A DNA stretch of 58,798 nt, from IMG/VR virus record IMGVR_UViG_3300031939_000002, positions 1 to 58,798 of that record. One strand, given 5' to 3'. Below, in pieces: positions 18,807-28,503 of the stretch. The translations under genes were made by a program, and so were the position numbers. The stretch comes from a virus (lineage: Duplodnaviria; Caudoviricetes). Under the pieces are notes generated by a model that made no database searches, was not told the origin of the DNA, and saw nothing but the letters and a program-made list of their open reading frames with translations. Each line of letters opens with the position of its first letter. The first letter of the stretch is position 1.

Positions 18807-19520
18807 TCAGACGTACGGGTCTTCGCGGCGGGCGAGGAGTGCCGCCGCGGCGGCGTGTCCTGCCATGCCCTTCTTCGCCTTGCGCTGCGGGGCGGGCCCG
18901 TCGGAGCGGACGAAGAACTTGCGGAGCTCGTCGGCCTCGGCGAGTGAGCGGACTTCCTCGAGCGGCGCGTCGAACTTCTCAGCGAGCGAGCGCAGGCCGG
19001 CCGAGGTGTCTGCGTAGGCGGGGGTGTTGACCGGGGCTACGTCGACGACCTGGGCGCCGAGCAACCGCCGCAGCGGGTAACCCTGCTCGGTCATCGTCCA
19101 GTCGTCGTCCAGGGTCCGGAACGCGAACGAGCTCTTGCGGACATCGCCGCGCTCGACCAGCTCGACCACGTGCGACATCGACCCGGGCGGGAGCACGTCG
19201 TACGAGAGGCCGTACTGGTCGATGCTCATGCGCAGGGTGCCGGCCGCGGTGGTGCCGAGCAGCTGGTTGTCGTCGTGGTTGTAGCGGGCGATCACGTCGG
19301 GCCAGCCGTCGCCCCTGGACTGGTTGAAGGCGATGGGGTCGACGACCTCGATGAAACCGCCGAGGTTCTTCGACTGCCGGTTGAAGACGGCCGCGTATCC
19401 CCCGATCCTTTTCTGCCCTTGGTCGGCGCGCAGTTCGGCCTTGCCGGTGTCGCCGGAGGTGTACCGGCGTTCGATCTCCACAGTGCCCTCCAGCGGGGTG
19501 GTTGTGTCCTGCTCAGCCAT
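18807..19520 (-). CDS. Prohead protease, HK97 family
   Basis: GGYAAVFN, YNHD, SSFAF, VAPVNTPAY. Confidence 0.93.
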   Translation of the reverse strand: MAEQDTTTPLEGTVEIERRYTSGDTGKAELRADQGQKRIGGYAAVFNRQSKNLGGFIEVVDPIAFNQSRGDGWPDVIARYNHDDNQLLGTTAAGTLRMSIDQYGLSYDVLPPGSMSHVVELVERGDVRKSSFAFRTLDDDWTMTEQGYPLRRLLGAQVVDVAPVNTPAYADTSAGLRSLAEKFDAPLEEVRSLAEADELRKFFVRSDGPAPQRKAKKGMAGHAAAAALLARREDPYV

Positions 19521-20934
19521 GCTGTTGTTCGCTCCCCCGAACGAGCCGCAGCCGGGGGTCGTCGCCCTCGCTGCGGATCGTCGGCGGAGTGATCGAGACG
19601 CCGGCCTGGATCGGCAGCGGCGTGTAGTCCTGTCCCTGGCCGTCCGGCAGGGGCGGCAGGTTCTCCTTGTTGCGCACCTCGTCGATGTTCATGCCGCCGA
19701 TCAGGCGGGCCTTCTCCCACATCGACCAGCGGGTCAGCGGGTCCAGACGGATCAGCGAGTCGGCGTCGAACTTCACGCACTGCCCGCGCGGGATGAGCAT
19801 CGACAGGTGCGACTCCAGCGTGCTCATCCACGGCAGCAGCGTCAGCTGGATCAGCTCGATCTCCCGCTGCTCCGGGCTGCTGTAGGACATCGACCCGCCG
19901 GTCTCGCCGCCGATCAGCTCCGGTGGCACGCCGTAGATCGCGGCGACCTGCGTCGCTCCCAGCTTCAGGGTGGCGATGAACTGCGCCTCGTACGCGGGGA
20001 CCGTGATGGCCTCGTAGTCCCAGTCGGCGCCGTGCACGATCGGCTGCCGGCTGCGGATGGCCTCGACCAGACGGGCCTTGATGACCGCGGCCTCTTTCTG
20101 GTCGACCTTCTTCGCCGTGTTCTTGAACGTGCCCGGCGGGACCCCGCCCGTGCTGTGCCAGGCCTCCATGTACTCCTGCGCGGCCAGGCTCGTCGACGCC
20201 ATCGAGGCGAAGGCCCCGATCGGCGACAGCCCGAGGACCTTGCCCGGCACCGTGAACCAGGGGATGTGCACGATGTCGTTGGGGTCCTGCACCCGGTTGC
20301 CGAGGATGTACCAGATCGGGTTGACGAAGCTGCCCTCGCCGTACGGCATCGAGTCGACGACCTGGACCCAGTCCATCGGCAGCCACTCGACCATCGTGGG
20401 GAAGCCGTAGAAGTCCCTTGCGGTGACGTAGCCGACGGCGTTGCCCCGGTAGACCATTGACAGGACGGCCCGCTTGATCCAGTCGTGCAAGTTGCCCTGC
20501 GTCGACGGGCTCGAGAACAGGCTCGCGAGCGGCAGCTGCTGCACTCCACTGCTGGTCTCCCGGAACTGGCGCAGCGGCGCAGCCGCCAGGTTGGACGCCA
20601 GGATCCGACCGGCCGCGTACACCGGCGCCAGGCGCAGCGCCCGGTCGACGCTGACCGCGCCGCCGGATGCGGGCGAGCCGCCTACGTTCCAGGGCACCGA
20701 CGTGATGGACCGCCGCTCAACCGCGCTGCGGGACTCGACACCGACGAGCCACCCGCCGGCGCGGCGCACGCCGCGCACCGCCAGGCCGAGCCGCCGCCCC
20801 CACGTGGCGCGCGCCGTCGACCGCCAGCTGCTCGCCACACGGCCGCGCGCGTCCATCCACATGTCGCCGACGAGGACCGGGCCCGCGTCGTCGTCCACGC
20901 GGCGGGATCGCTTGCGCCAGGGCCACAGCTTCAC
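19513..20934 (-). CDS. Portal protein, HK97 family
   Basis: YRGNA, GLSPI, VAAIYGVPPELIG, IDEVRNKENLPPL. Confidence 0.93.
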   Translation of the reverse strand: MKLWPWRKRSRRVDDDAGPVLVGDMWMDARGRVASSWRSTARATWGRRLGLAVRGVRRAGGWLVGVESRSAVERRSITSVPWNVGGSPASGGAVSVDRALRLAPVYAAGRILASNLAAAPLRQFRETSSGVQQLPLASLFSSPSTQGNLHDWIKRAVLSMVYRGNAVGYVTARDFYGFPTMVEWLPMDWVQVVDSMPYGEGSFVNPIWYILGNRVQDPNDIVHIPWFTVPGKVLGLSPIGAFASMASTSLAAQEYMEAWHSTGGVPPGTFKNTAKKVDQKEAAVIKARLVEAIRSRQPIVHGADWDYEAITVPAYEAQFIATLKLGATQVAAIYGVPPELIGGETGGSMSYSSPEQREIELIQLTLLPWMSTLESHLSMLIPRGQCVKFDADSLIRLDPLTRWSMWEKARLIGGMNIDEVRNKENLPPLPDGQGQDYTPLPIQAGVSITPPTIRSEGDDPRLRLVRGSEQQHG

Positions 20935-20940
20935 TGTTGC

Positions 20941-21213
20941 CTACCAATCCTCTTCGGGCCGGTAGCCGGCGATCCAGAAGCCGATGCGCTCACGCAGGCG
21001 GCGTACGGCGTCCAGGTATGCCCATCGCCAGCGCCGGTACAGCGGCGGCCGCGGCGGCGCCGGCGGCCTCTCCACGCCCGGCGGAAGCGGGATCCCGGCG
21101 TCGAGCAGCTGCTGTGCGCTCATGGGCACGACGTGCGCGATCCTCTTGACGGTGGCGACGTGCGCCGCCAGCGCCTCGTCGGGCTGTTCCGGATACTCCC
21201 AGTGGGTCTGCAC
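20941..21213 (-). CDS. Hypothetical protein
   Basis: 90 aa between terminase and portal; AGGAGG RBS. Confidence 0.65.
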   Translation of the reverse strand: MQTHWEYPEQPDEALAAHVATVKRIAHVVPMSAQQLLDAGIPLPPGVERPPAPPRPPLYRRWRWAYLDAVRRLRERIGFWIAGYRPEEDW

Positions 21214-21224
21214 CGCGTCACCTC

Positions 21225-22754
21225 CTAGAAGATCGAGTCAAGGACGTCGTATTCGGCGTCGGCGAGCAGGTGGGATCGGGCGGTGTAGGACCAGCGGGCG
21301 AGGCTCATGGCGACGAGCGGGGTGATGTCGACGTCGCTCTTGGTCGGCGTCCACGCGATCGTGTCTCCGGAGGCCTTCGTCTTGGCTCCGGCCACGGCGA
21401 CGTCGAGGTGCCGGTTCGGGACCACGCGGAAGGCCTGCTCGCGTACGCCGTCGAGGACCTGGCCGGTGGCGGCCGCCATGTCGAGTGCACCGGTCACGGC
21501 GAGGTCGCCGGGCTCCGGCTCGTCCGAATCCTCCGGGAGCTCGAAGTCCGCCTTGTCGAGGGCGGTCTTCAGGAACGCGAAGGTGCCGCGGCCCATGGCG
21601 ATCGCGAGGGGCTCCAGGGCCTCCCGCAGCTCGACCAGGCGCGGGATGAGCCACTTGGTGCCCGGCCGGTAGTCGGCGAGCTGGGCGTGCCCGACACCGT
21701 CCGCGCGGAGCCCGTACACGCAGATCGCCGAGGAGTCCCGCAGGGGGCTGATGTCCACGCCGAGCGCGAGGCCGGCGTCCCGGTCGCGCTGCGAGTGCTC
21801 GTCGAGCATCTGCGCCCACTTGGCGGGGTCGATGACCGTGGACCCTTCGGCGCGCTTGGGCCAGATGCCGAGGATCTCGCGGGCGAAGCCCTGGTCCGAC
21901 ATGCCGCGCCGGTCGCGCGCTGTGGCCTCTTCAGTGACGCGGCGGCCCCATGCCGGGTTGGTGGCCTGCCACAGCGTCGGGTCGTCGAGGTCGACGTCGG
22001 CGAGGTGCTCCAGGTCGCCGCCGAGGCCCCAGTCCCGGTAGCCGAGCGAGCTGTCCCCTCCTGCTTCAGCTCGCTCGCGCAGGTGGTACATGACGTCGCC
22101 GGAGTCGCCCGAGAGCGGCGGCGTCGACGTGTAGATGATCTGGGGGTTCTCGACGGCCCGCATCGTCGGCATGAGGGCTTCGTTCTGGTCCCAGGTGTAG
22201 GCGAAGGCCTCGTCGATGATGTTCACGTGGCCCGTGAAGCCGCGACCGGATCCCTTGCTCCTGGCGATGAACTTCAACTCGGCGTTGGTGTCGAGGCGCT
22301 CGAAGCCCTCTTCACCGTTCGTGTTGATGACCTTGATGCGGATGCCGTCGACTTCGAGGAGGTTCTCATTCGCACCGACCTGCTTGCCGAGCCGCTTGAA
22401 GAGGGCCTTCATGCGCCGGAACGCACGGATCGCGGTCTTGTACTCGTGGGCGGACCACATCAGCAACTGCTCGCCCAGGAGCAGGAACCCGGCGAGGGCC
22501 CGGATCTCCAGAATGGCGCCCTTGCCGTTCTGGCGGGGCACCCACTCGGCGAACTCGAAGCACGCCCACTTCCCGTCCGCGCGCCGGGACATCATCAGGT
22601 CGAGGCTGTCGGCCTGCCACGGGTCCGCGATGAGGCCGGCGCGCCTGGCGAGTTCGCAGGCCTCCGGGCCGAGCGTGTACGCCGACGGCGGGGCGAGCTC
22701 AACCCTCGGCTTGCTTCCGAGCGATCCGCGCGGTGAGGTCCGAGACACCCGCAC
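21225..22754 (-). CDS. terL: Terminase large subunit
   Basis: VPRQNGKG Walker A, NIIDEA Walker B, NPAWG, LGVDIS, DITPLVA. Confidence 0.93.
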   Translation of the reverse strand: MRVSRTSPRGSLGSKPRVELAPPSAYTLGPEACELARRAGLIADPWQADSLDLMMSRRADGKWACFEFAEWVPRQNGKGAILEIRALAGFLLLGEQLLMWSAHEYKTAIRAFRRMKALFKRLGKQVGANENLLEVDGIRIKVINTNGEEGFERLDTNAELKFIARSKGSGRGFTGHVNIIDEAFAYTWDQNEALMPTMRAVENPQIIYTSTPPLSGDSGDVMYHLRERAEAGGDSSLGYRDWGLGGDLEHLADVDLDDPTLWQATNPAWGRRVTEEATARDRRGMSDQGFAREILGIWPKRAEGSTVIDPAKWAQMLDEHSQRDRDAGLALGVDISPLRDSSAICVYGLRADGVGHAQLADYRPGTKWLIPRLVELREALEPLAIAMGRGTFAFLKTALDKADFELPEDSDEPEPGDLAVTGALDMAAATGQVLDGVREQAFRVVPNRHLDVAVAGAKTKASGDTIAWTPTKSDVDITPLVAMSLARWSYTARSHLLADAEYDVLDSIF

Positions 22755-23067
22755 CTCCTGCCGGATCGACCGAAGACGGTGAAGCGCCGTATTGGCCTTG
22801 CCGGATCTCTGCCAGAAGTGCCTTGAGAGCCGCCGATTGCTGCCGAGACTCGCTCAACAGGGCCGAAATATCAGCGAATTGAGCGACGTCGACGTTGACA
22901 TCAGCCGAGGATCCCCGCAGTATGGAGTCAAGAAGTTCAAGCCGGTCCGCGATCCGACAAGCCTCCTCCAGCAGCACCAGATGTGCCGGAGTCAGAGACC
23001 AGATCGCCAGGGATTCCCGCCACATCCGGCGGCCCCGCTCACCGAGGCCGGCAGGCTCCTCAGCCAC
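22699..23067 (-). CDS. terS: Terminase small subunit
   Basis: GLGERGRRMW..LLEEACRIADRL..ESRQQ, actinophage TerS pattern. Confidence 0.8.
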   Translation of the reverse strand: MAEEPAGLGERGRRMWRESLAIWSLTPAHLVLLEEACRIADRLELLDSILRGSSADVNVDVAQFADISALLSESRQQSAALKALLAEIRQGQYGASPSSVDPAGGAGVSDLTARIARKQAEG

Positions 23068-23079
23068 TCGTCCCCCTCT

Positions 23080-23200
23080 CCTCCCGTGATCATTTGCGCT
23101 GCCCGAAAAATCGCGGGGGGAGAGGGAGGGTCAGGTGGGGGCGGGGTCAACCACCCCTTGATCAAAAAACCCGATCTTGCCCAGGAATTCGGGCATATGG
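23080..23200. other. Probable cos/packaging region
   Basis: Non-coding gap between HNH and terS with G-runs and A-tracts; position typical of HK97-like cos phages. Confidence 0.45.
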
Positions 23201-23289
23201 GTGCGTTTGCGGACGAACGCGGTGATCAACTGGGCTGAGAGATCTCGGGCAGGCAACCGCAGCGACTACCGGAAGGGCATACCTGCAGG

Positions 23290-23616
23290 TCAGAGGCTCG
23301 CTGCGTCCACTGTGAAGCTCGGGCGCGGGCGGTGCGCAGCGCGCATCTGGTTGTTGCGGATCGTGTTGCAGCGGCGGTGGGCGAGCCGACAGTTGGCCCG
23401 GTCGAGCGGGTCACCACCGAGCCAGAGCGGAGTCACGTGATCGACGGTGCGTGCCATGGGATGCGTCGTGCCTGGTAGCGACTGGTCTACGTACCGATGG
23501 CACAGCCAGCAGTGGGTCTCCTGTGCGAACACCAGTGCCTGGACCCTGCGCCAGGGCCTGCCGCTGCGGGCCTGCCTGGTACGGCGCTGGATCTCCTGCT
23601 CACTGAGCTGAGACAT
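23290..23616 (-). CDS. HNH endonuclease, terminase-associated
   Basis: CWLC..TVDHVTP..GG..NCRLAHRRCN. Confidence 0.9.
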   Translation of the reverse strand: MSQLSEQEIQRRTRQARSGRPWRRVQALVFAQETHCWLCHRYVDQSLPGTTHPMARTVDHVTPLWLGGDPLDRANCRLAHRRCNTIRNNQMRAAHRPRPSFTVDAASL

Positions 23617-23884
23617 GAGCAGGAGGGGGCCGTACGGCGCTGCCGTGGGCGTCGCACCACTCCCATCCGAGCACAGACACAGCGCCCTGGGAGCTGCGCT
23701 GGAGGATAGGCACGGCGTTGGTGACACCAGCCGGGGCGTGGGGGTGGTGTACCAGATAGGTGCGCCAGAAAGGGTTGGCCGACGGTGTCTCGCCGACCAC
23801 CGTGGCTGGCGCGAGCAGGTGCCCGTGCGCCTCGAAGGCGTCGGCGAGTTCGGTGCTCACGGTGATGGTCAAGGTTTGGGTCAT
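23600..23884 (-). CDS. Hypothetical protein
   Basis: MTQTLTITVSTEL... Confidence 0.55.
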   Translation of the reverse strand: MTQTLTITVSTELADAFEAHGHLLAPATVVGETPSANPFWRTYLVHHPHAPAGVTNAVPILQRSSQGAVSVLGWEWCDAHGSAVRPPPAHVSAQ

Positions 23885-23993
23885 GGTGGCCACCCCCGGA
23901 CATGCGGAAGCCCGGCGCTCTGGCCGGGCTCGTGATGCTGCTGGTGGCATGGTGTGGTGGGAGACCTTTGCGACAGCGCTGCCACCGTCTCAC

Positions 23994-24023
23994 AGAATGA
24001 GCGTCACGCTGATCATCTGTCAA
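23994..24023 (-). promoter_or_regulatory. Candidate promoter for packaging/structural operon
   Basis: TTGACA-18 bp-CATTCT on - strand. Confidence 0.55.
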
Positions 24024-24034
24024 GCCTGGGCTGA

Positions 24035-24274
24035 TCAGGTGTGATGGCCTACGGGGTTGCGTATGGACTGGTGGCGTACGGCGTCGGCGATGTCGGCGAG
24101 GTCCCACAGGGCGAGGGCCTGCCCGCGTGAGGGGTTGGGCCGGGAGCCGGCCGGGGCCAGGGCGCGCCGTCGCGCCCAGTCGCGGAATCGCTTGGGCTCC
24201 ATGCCGAGGGAGTAGGCGGCCTGAGGGGTGGTGACGAGGGGCCGGCCGTCACGTCCGGTATCGGTGCGGGTCAC
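24035..24274 (-). CDS. Small HTH (MerR/excisionase-like) DNA-binding protein
   Basis: LVTTPQAAYSLGM..FRDWARRR..WDLADI. Confidence 0.65.
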   Translation of the reverse strand: MTRTDTGRDGRPLVTTPQAAYSLGMEPKRFRDWARRRALAPAGSRPNPSRGQALALWDLADIADAVRHQSIRNPVGHHT

Positions 24275-24328
24275 CGGTCCAGTGTGCCTGGCGGCTGGTC
24301 TTCCGCCGCCGCCCTAAGATCCCTGCGC

Positions 24329-24598
24329 GTGGCACACACCCTTGAGGAACTTGTGGAGATGCAGCGTGCGGCCGACCGGGCGCAGGCGCAGGTCGAGCAG
24401 CTGCGGGACCAGTACGGGCCGCCCACCGCGCAGGCCTGGAGCGAGCAGCAGAGCCAGACGTATGAGACTGCATGGCGTGCCTGGCGGGACCTGGCCCGTG
24501 ACGTCCAGGCCGCGGTCACCGAGCACGCCCAGGAGGAGGGGCAGGCGCGGAACGACGTCGAGGACCTCGTGAAGAAGGCAGCTCGGCACGCGGAGTAG
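24329..24598 (+). CDS. Hypothetical helical protein
   Basis: MAHTLEELVEMQRAAD...; opposite strand. Confidence 0.7.
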   Translation: MAHTLEELVEMQRAADRAQAQVEQLRDQYGPPTAQAWSEQQSQTYETAWRAWRDLARDVQAAVTEHAQEEGQARNDVEDLVKKAARHAE

Positions 24599-24639
24599 CC
24601 CGGCGTGCGGTTCGCGGGCCGCCGGGCAAGGCTGGTGGC

Positions 24640-24855
24640 ATGGCCAGTGCCCGCATCGTCGTCTACCCGCCCAGCGAGACCGGCGGGCGGCGGGTGCGTG
24701 TGGACGGCGCGATCCTCGGCACGGCGTACTCGCTCCACGATCTCGCGGTCTTCCTCGAGCGGGCCGGCCTTGAGGGCTGGGATGAGCTGGACGTGGCGCA
24801 GCATGCCGAGCTGTTCGAGTGGCGCGGCGGCGGCCCGGACGCGTGGGAGCACTGA
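24640..24855 (+). CDS. Hypothetical protein (Streptomyces-type)
   Basis: VVYPPSETGGRRV..EWRGGGPDAW. Confidence 0.75.
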   Translation: MASARIVVYPPSETGGRRVRVDGAILGTAYSLHDLAVFLERAGLEGWDELDVAQHAELFEWRGGGPDAWEH

Positions 24856-24877
24856 CGGGCGTGTGAGTGCAGCGCGG

Positions 24878-25303
24878 TCAGAGGCTCGGCTGTTCGTCGC
24901 CGTGGCCGTCATCGTTGTAGGCGTTGACGTAGGCCAGCCGCGCCCGCTTGCCGCAGTGGCCGCTGACGTCGAACAAGCGCGTGTCACCGATGATTCCGTG
25001 GGCCTTCACGGCGAAGACACCTCCAGCCGAACCCACGGTCTTCCCCTGGGCGTCGACGAGGTTGTACTTGATGTCGTAGGCCATGGAGTGCGACGAGTGA
25101 TTGGTGATCCACAACGTCAGATAGGGCTCGTTATCGGAGTCGCAGTCTGCGGTGACCCTTGAGAGGTCACGGTTTGGGTGCAGGTAGGACCGAGTGCTCG
25201 ACGGGGAGGGCGCAGCCTTCGCCGGCTTCGATGATGAGCAGCCGCTTTCGCAGGCGAGGGCGAGTAGGGGCACGCATAGGGCCCCGATGACGCGGTATCT
25301 CAT
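24878..25303 (-). CDS. Putative lipoprotein
   Basis: Signal peptide with LALAC lipobox-like motif; beta-rich domain. Confidence 0.7.
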   Translation of the reverse strand: MRYRVIGALCVPLLALACESGCSSSKPAKAAPSPSSTRSYLHPNRDLSRVTADCDSDNEPYLTLWITNHSSHSMAYDIKYNLVDAQGKTVGSAGGVFAVKAHGIIGDTRLFDVSGHCGKRARLAYVNAYNDDGHGDEQPSL

Positions 25304-25422
25304 GGGCCGAGCTTCCCATGTGATGACCTGCTCGATGCTCCGCGGACCCGCCAGACGTGGTGGATGTCGTCAACGATGACGGGGCGACAGCCGAGGTTCC
25401 CCGCCGCTGGCATCGAGGGCGG

Positions 25423-25821
25423 TCACGACTGCTGCGCCCAGTCCTGCCGCGCCCCGGCGGTGTTGGCGCTCGGCGTACAGAGGCGGCACGGCGCGGCCTT
25501 GCGGCAGCCCAGGAGATGCGGCTGCTCGGTCCAGCGGCGGACGGCTGCCAGCTCCGGGCGTACCCCGTTGGCGATCAGGTGGTCCCGTGCGAAGTCGGCG
25601 TCCTCGCGGTCGAAGGGGCCGAGCTCGACGCTGCCGCCGATGATGAGCGTGGTGAGGTGGCGGAGGCGTCCGTTGCGACGGAACTGGGCGGCGCTGGCGG
25701 TCCACCACTCGGTGGGGCTGCCGCCGATGCTGTAGAGCCGGGCCTCGTCGACGACGACGCCCCACTTCTCGGGGGCCGGTGCCGTCCCGGTGATGGCAAG
25801 GGCGAGTTGCGATGCGGCCAT
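25423..25821 (-). CDS. Hypothetical protein
   Basis: ORF in packed operon. Confidence 0.65.
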   Translation of the reverse strand: MAASQLALAITGTAPAPEKWGVVVDEARLYSIGGSPTEWWTASAAQFRRNGRLRHLTTLIIGGSVELGPFDREDADFARDHLIANGVRPELAAVRRWTEQPHLLGCRKAAPCRLCTPSANTAGARQDWAQQS

Positions 25822-25823
25822 GA

Positions 25824-26276
25824 TCAGGCCTCCAGATCCGTTGCTGCGGCCTCGGCCTGCTGCGCTTCGGCGGCGGGCTCGTCGTCGGCCAGGTCCTGGC
25901 GCGCCGGGCCAGAGGCGGGGCCGAGGGTGCCGTGGACGCAGCGGTCCATGCCGTCGTCGCGGAGGTAGTGGGCAGGTGGGATGACGAGCTGCAAGGTGAG
26001 GGCGCCTGCTCGCACCAAACGCAGCGCCAGCGAGCGGAGGGCCCCGATCGGATGGCGAGCGAAGCCGGCGCAGATTGCGGGTGCCGGGGTGCCGATGGTG
26101 GTGTGGCAGACGACGTGCCCCTCATTGGCGATGGCGGCCTGGGTCAGTTGCTGGAGCCGGCCGGGCGCGAGATGGGCCAGGTTGTCGGGCCGGTAGATGC
26201 AGGTGTCGCAGAGGACGACGCACTGACGCACGATGCCCGTGCGCGCGTCGGCGACGTCGAGGTTGTGGTGCGTCAT
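25824..26276 (-). CDS. Hypothetical Cys-rich protein
   Basis: CDTCIYR..VCH..ICAGF. Confidence 0.7.
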   Translation of the reverse strand: MTHHNLDVADARTGIVRQCVVLCDTCIYRPDNLAHLAPGRLQQLTQAAIANEGHVVCHTTIGTPAPAICAGFARHPIGALRSLALRLVRAGALTLQLVIPPAHYLRDDGMDRCVHGTLGPASGPARQDLADDEPAAEAQQAEAAATDLEA

Positions 26277-26677
26277 CGGACGTCCTTTCGGGCATGCGCC
26301 AGGATTTCGGGGCAGACGCCAGCGTGCTCGCAGAAATCGGCACCGAGGTAGCTGCCGTGGACGCAACGTGGACGGTTGTGCTCTGGATCCTGGTCGCGGC
26401 GCGGCGCTCGCCGTATGTCACCGCCTGCACGCTTGTGCCAGCCAAGCGGCTCGTCCTGGGTGTCGGGCTCGAAAAGGGTGGCGGACACGGTGAGCGCCGC
26501 CATGCTGCGGTAGCACCAGCCGTGCGTCTCAGCCCTGAACGGGTCACGGCTGTCGGGCACGCAGATGAGACGGTGGTTGAACAGCATGCGGACGGCTATC
26601 CACCGGGAGCGGGACTCATGGGCGATGACGAGACCTTGCCACAGTGGATCGCTCTCTGGCTTCTCGCAGAGCTTCAC
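26273..26677 (-). CDS. Hypothetical protein
   Basis: MKLCEKPESDPLW..HGWCY..EPLGWHKR; overlapping start/stop. Confidence 0.7.
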   Translation of the reverse strand: MKLCEKPESDPLWQGLVIAHESRSRWIAVRMLFNHRLICVPDSRDPFRAETHGWCYRSMAALTVSATLFEPDTQDEPLGWHKRAGGDIRRAPRRDQDPEHNRPRCVHGSYLGADFCEHAGVCPEILAHARKDVR

Positions 26678-26895
26678 ACTCGGCCACCGGTCTTGTGCTG
26701 GGTGATGTGGGCGCTGGCGGCCGCCATACAGGCCTCCCAGCCTGCGCGGTCGAGCCGTGCGGACCGGCCGATAAGCAGGCCGGTGATGTCGCGCCCGCAC
26801 GGGCGGCACCAGGCTGCCCAGGCGCGGACGGGCGGGGCCGTACTGAAGCCGACCGGTGGGAACGTCGTCGGACGGATGTGAAGGGGTGCGCTCAC
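26674..26895 (-). CDS. Hypothetical protein
   Basis: GTGA-coupled. Confidence 0.6.
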   Translation of the reverse strand: MSAPLHIRPTTFPPVGFSTAPPVRAWAAWCRPCGRDITGLLIGRSARLDRAGWEACMAAASAHITQHKTGGRV

Positions 26896-27545
26896 CTGGT
26901 CCTCGTCTTCTGCTTCGGCTCGTCGTCGCTGTACCACTTCGGGATGTGGGTGATGTGCCAGGCCCGGTCATCGTCTGGGCAGCGGTAGACGCGCCGTTCG
27001 GACTGGATGCCGTGCTCCTTGACGACGCGGCGGATCGTGATGTCGACGATGGCCGCCTTCGCCGTGGCTTCGGTCGGATACCGGCGTTTGGTGCAGGTGC
27101 AGCCGCTGACCGGGTAGTGGAAGCCTCTGATCTTGCGGCGCCGCAGGAAGTCCTCGAGCGTCGAGGCGTTGACGGCGCGCCAGCGAGGGGTCTTCCTGCC
27201 TGTCGGCGGGAGGACGTAGACATAGACCTTGCGGCCGCGCATGGCGGTGAGCATGACCGCGGCGCCGTCGGCGTGGAACCCGTCGAGTCGTGCCCGGTCT
27301 TCGCCCACGACGAGGACCGCCTTCCATCCGGCCCGTTCGATGCGGGACTGGTACGGGGCGAGTCGGCGTTCGACGGGCCAGTTGATGGGGTCGTCCTCCG
27401 GCAGCGGCGGTGCTGCCGTCGGGGGTTCGAGCTCCGCCTGGGTCGCGGTGACCGCGGCACGTGCGGCGGCCTCCTCCGGATTCAGGCGGCTGTCCCGGGC
27501 GATCGCGCGCCATAGGCCCGGTGGACGGGGTATCGGCGTGGTCAT
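26892..27545 (-). CDS. Hypothetical protein with C-terminal C2H2-like zinc motif
   Basis: CTCTKRRY..RVYRCP..WHITH. Confidence 0.7.
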   Translation of the reverse strand: MTTPIPRPPGLWRAIARDSRLNPEEAAARAAVTATQAELEPPTAAPPLPEDDPINWPVERRLAPYQSRIERAGWKAVLVVGEDRARLDGFHADGAAVMLTAMRGRKVYVYVLPPTGRKTPRWRAVNASTLEDFLRRRKIRGFHYPVSGCTCTKRRYPTEATAKAAIVDITIRRVVKEHGIQSERRVYRCPDDDRAWHITHIPKWYSDDEPKQKTRTR

Positions 27546-27952
27546 GGCCGCTCCAGCAGGGTGATCCGCTCGCCGTCCCACAGCAGGGTGTCTCCGAGGC
27601 CGGCGACGATCGGGGTCTCGTAACCGCGCTGCACGATGACGCCTCCCATGGTGGGCAGGCAGCGGTAGCCGTGGCGCCGAGCCCAGCGGGCGGGCGCGTC
27701 GGCGGGCAGGCTGCCGACGAGCGTGAGCCGCTTCGGGTCGACGGCCGCCCGGGCGGCGACCTGCTCGATCTCGTCGACCAGGGCCTCACGGATGGCCGCG
27801 ATCTGACCCTGATTGCGCTGGCGTTGCACAAGCTCGGACACCGAATTGGTGACCGCGTTCGCCTGGGCGTCGCCGACGTCGTGGCGGGCGGGGCGGGCGA
27901 GCTGCGCCGCCCACCAGTCGGCGGCGGCGACGGCTTCGGGGCGAGGGCTCAC
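27542..27952 (-). CDS. Hypothetical protein
   Basis: AAADWWAAQL; coupled. Confidence 0.65.
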   Translation of the reverse strand: MSPRPEAVAAADWWAAQLARPARHDVGDAQANAVTNSVSELVQRQRNQGQIAAIREALVDEIEQVAARAAVDPKRLTLVGSLPADAPARWARRHGYRCLPTMGGVIVQRGYETPIVAGLGDTLLWDGERITLLERP

Positions 27953-28503
27953 GGCGTGGTGCCTTCCTGGGTGTGCTGCCGCATGTCGAGGACGGTGTCC
28001 GCCATGGCGCGGATCGCGGCCCGGGCGGCGCGCTGGTTCTGCTCGGGAGTGTCCGGCCCACCGCGGGTGGACCGCAGCACGGCGAGGGCCTGGCGCAGCG
28101 GCTCGTCGAGGACGAGGACGAGGGTGTCGCGGTCTCCGTCGTCAGGCGCGGCCGGTGTCTCGTCGGCACCGTCGGTCGTCTCCTGCGACGTCTCGGCGCT
28201 GTCGCGCACCGTCTCGGCGGCGGCCTGGGCCGCTTGGGCTTCCTCGAGCTTGGCCGCCTTGATGTCGCGCGACGCGGCGTCCTTGCTGATGCCGAGTCGC
28301 TTGCCGATGTCGCGGAGCGACAGGCCCTCGTCGCGCGACAGCCTCAGCGCCTCGGCGCGACGTTGCGCGCCGGTGAGGGGCTCGGGCGACGGTTCCTCAG
28401 GCGCGGCGGTCAGGCCCGGCCGCAGCGGTATCACGGGCGTCTCGTGCGACGTCTCGTTCCTGTCGCGCGACTGTCGCGCGACGCTGTCTCGTGCGGTGCT
28501 CAC
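27949..28503 (-). CDS. HTH DNA-binding protein
   Basis: EGLSLRDIGKRLGISKDAASRD. Confidence 0.8.
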   Translation of the reverse strand: MSTARDSVARQSRDRNETSHETPVIPLRPGLTAAPEEPSPEPLTGAQRRAEALRLSRDEGLSLRDIGKRLGISKDAASRDIKAAKLEEAQAAQAAAETVRDSAETSQETTDGADETPAAPDDGDRDTLVLVLDEPLRQALAVLRSTRGGPDTPEQNQRAARAAIRAMADTVLDMRQHTQEGTTP

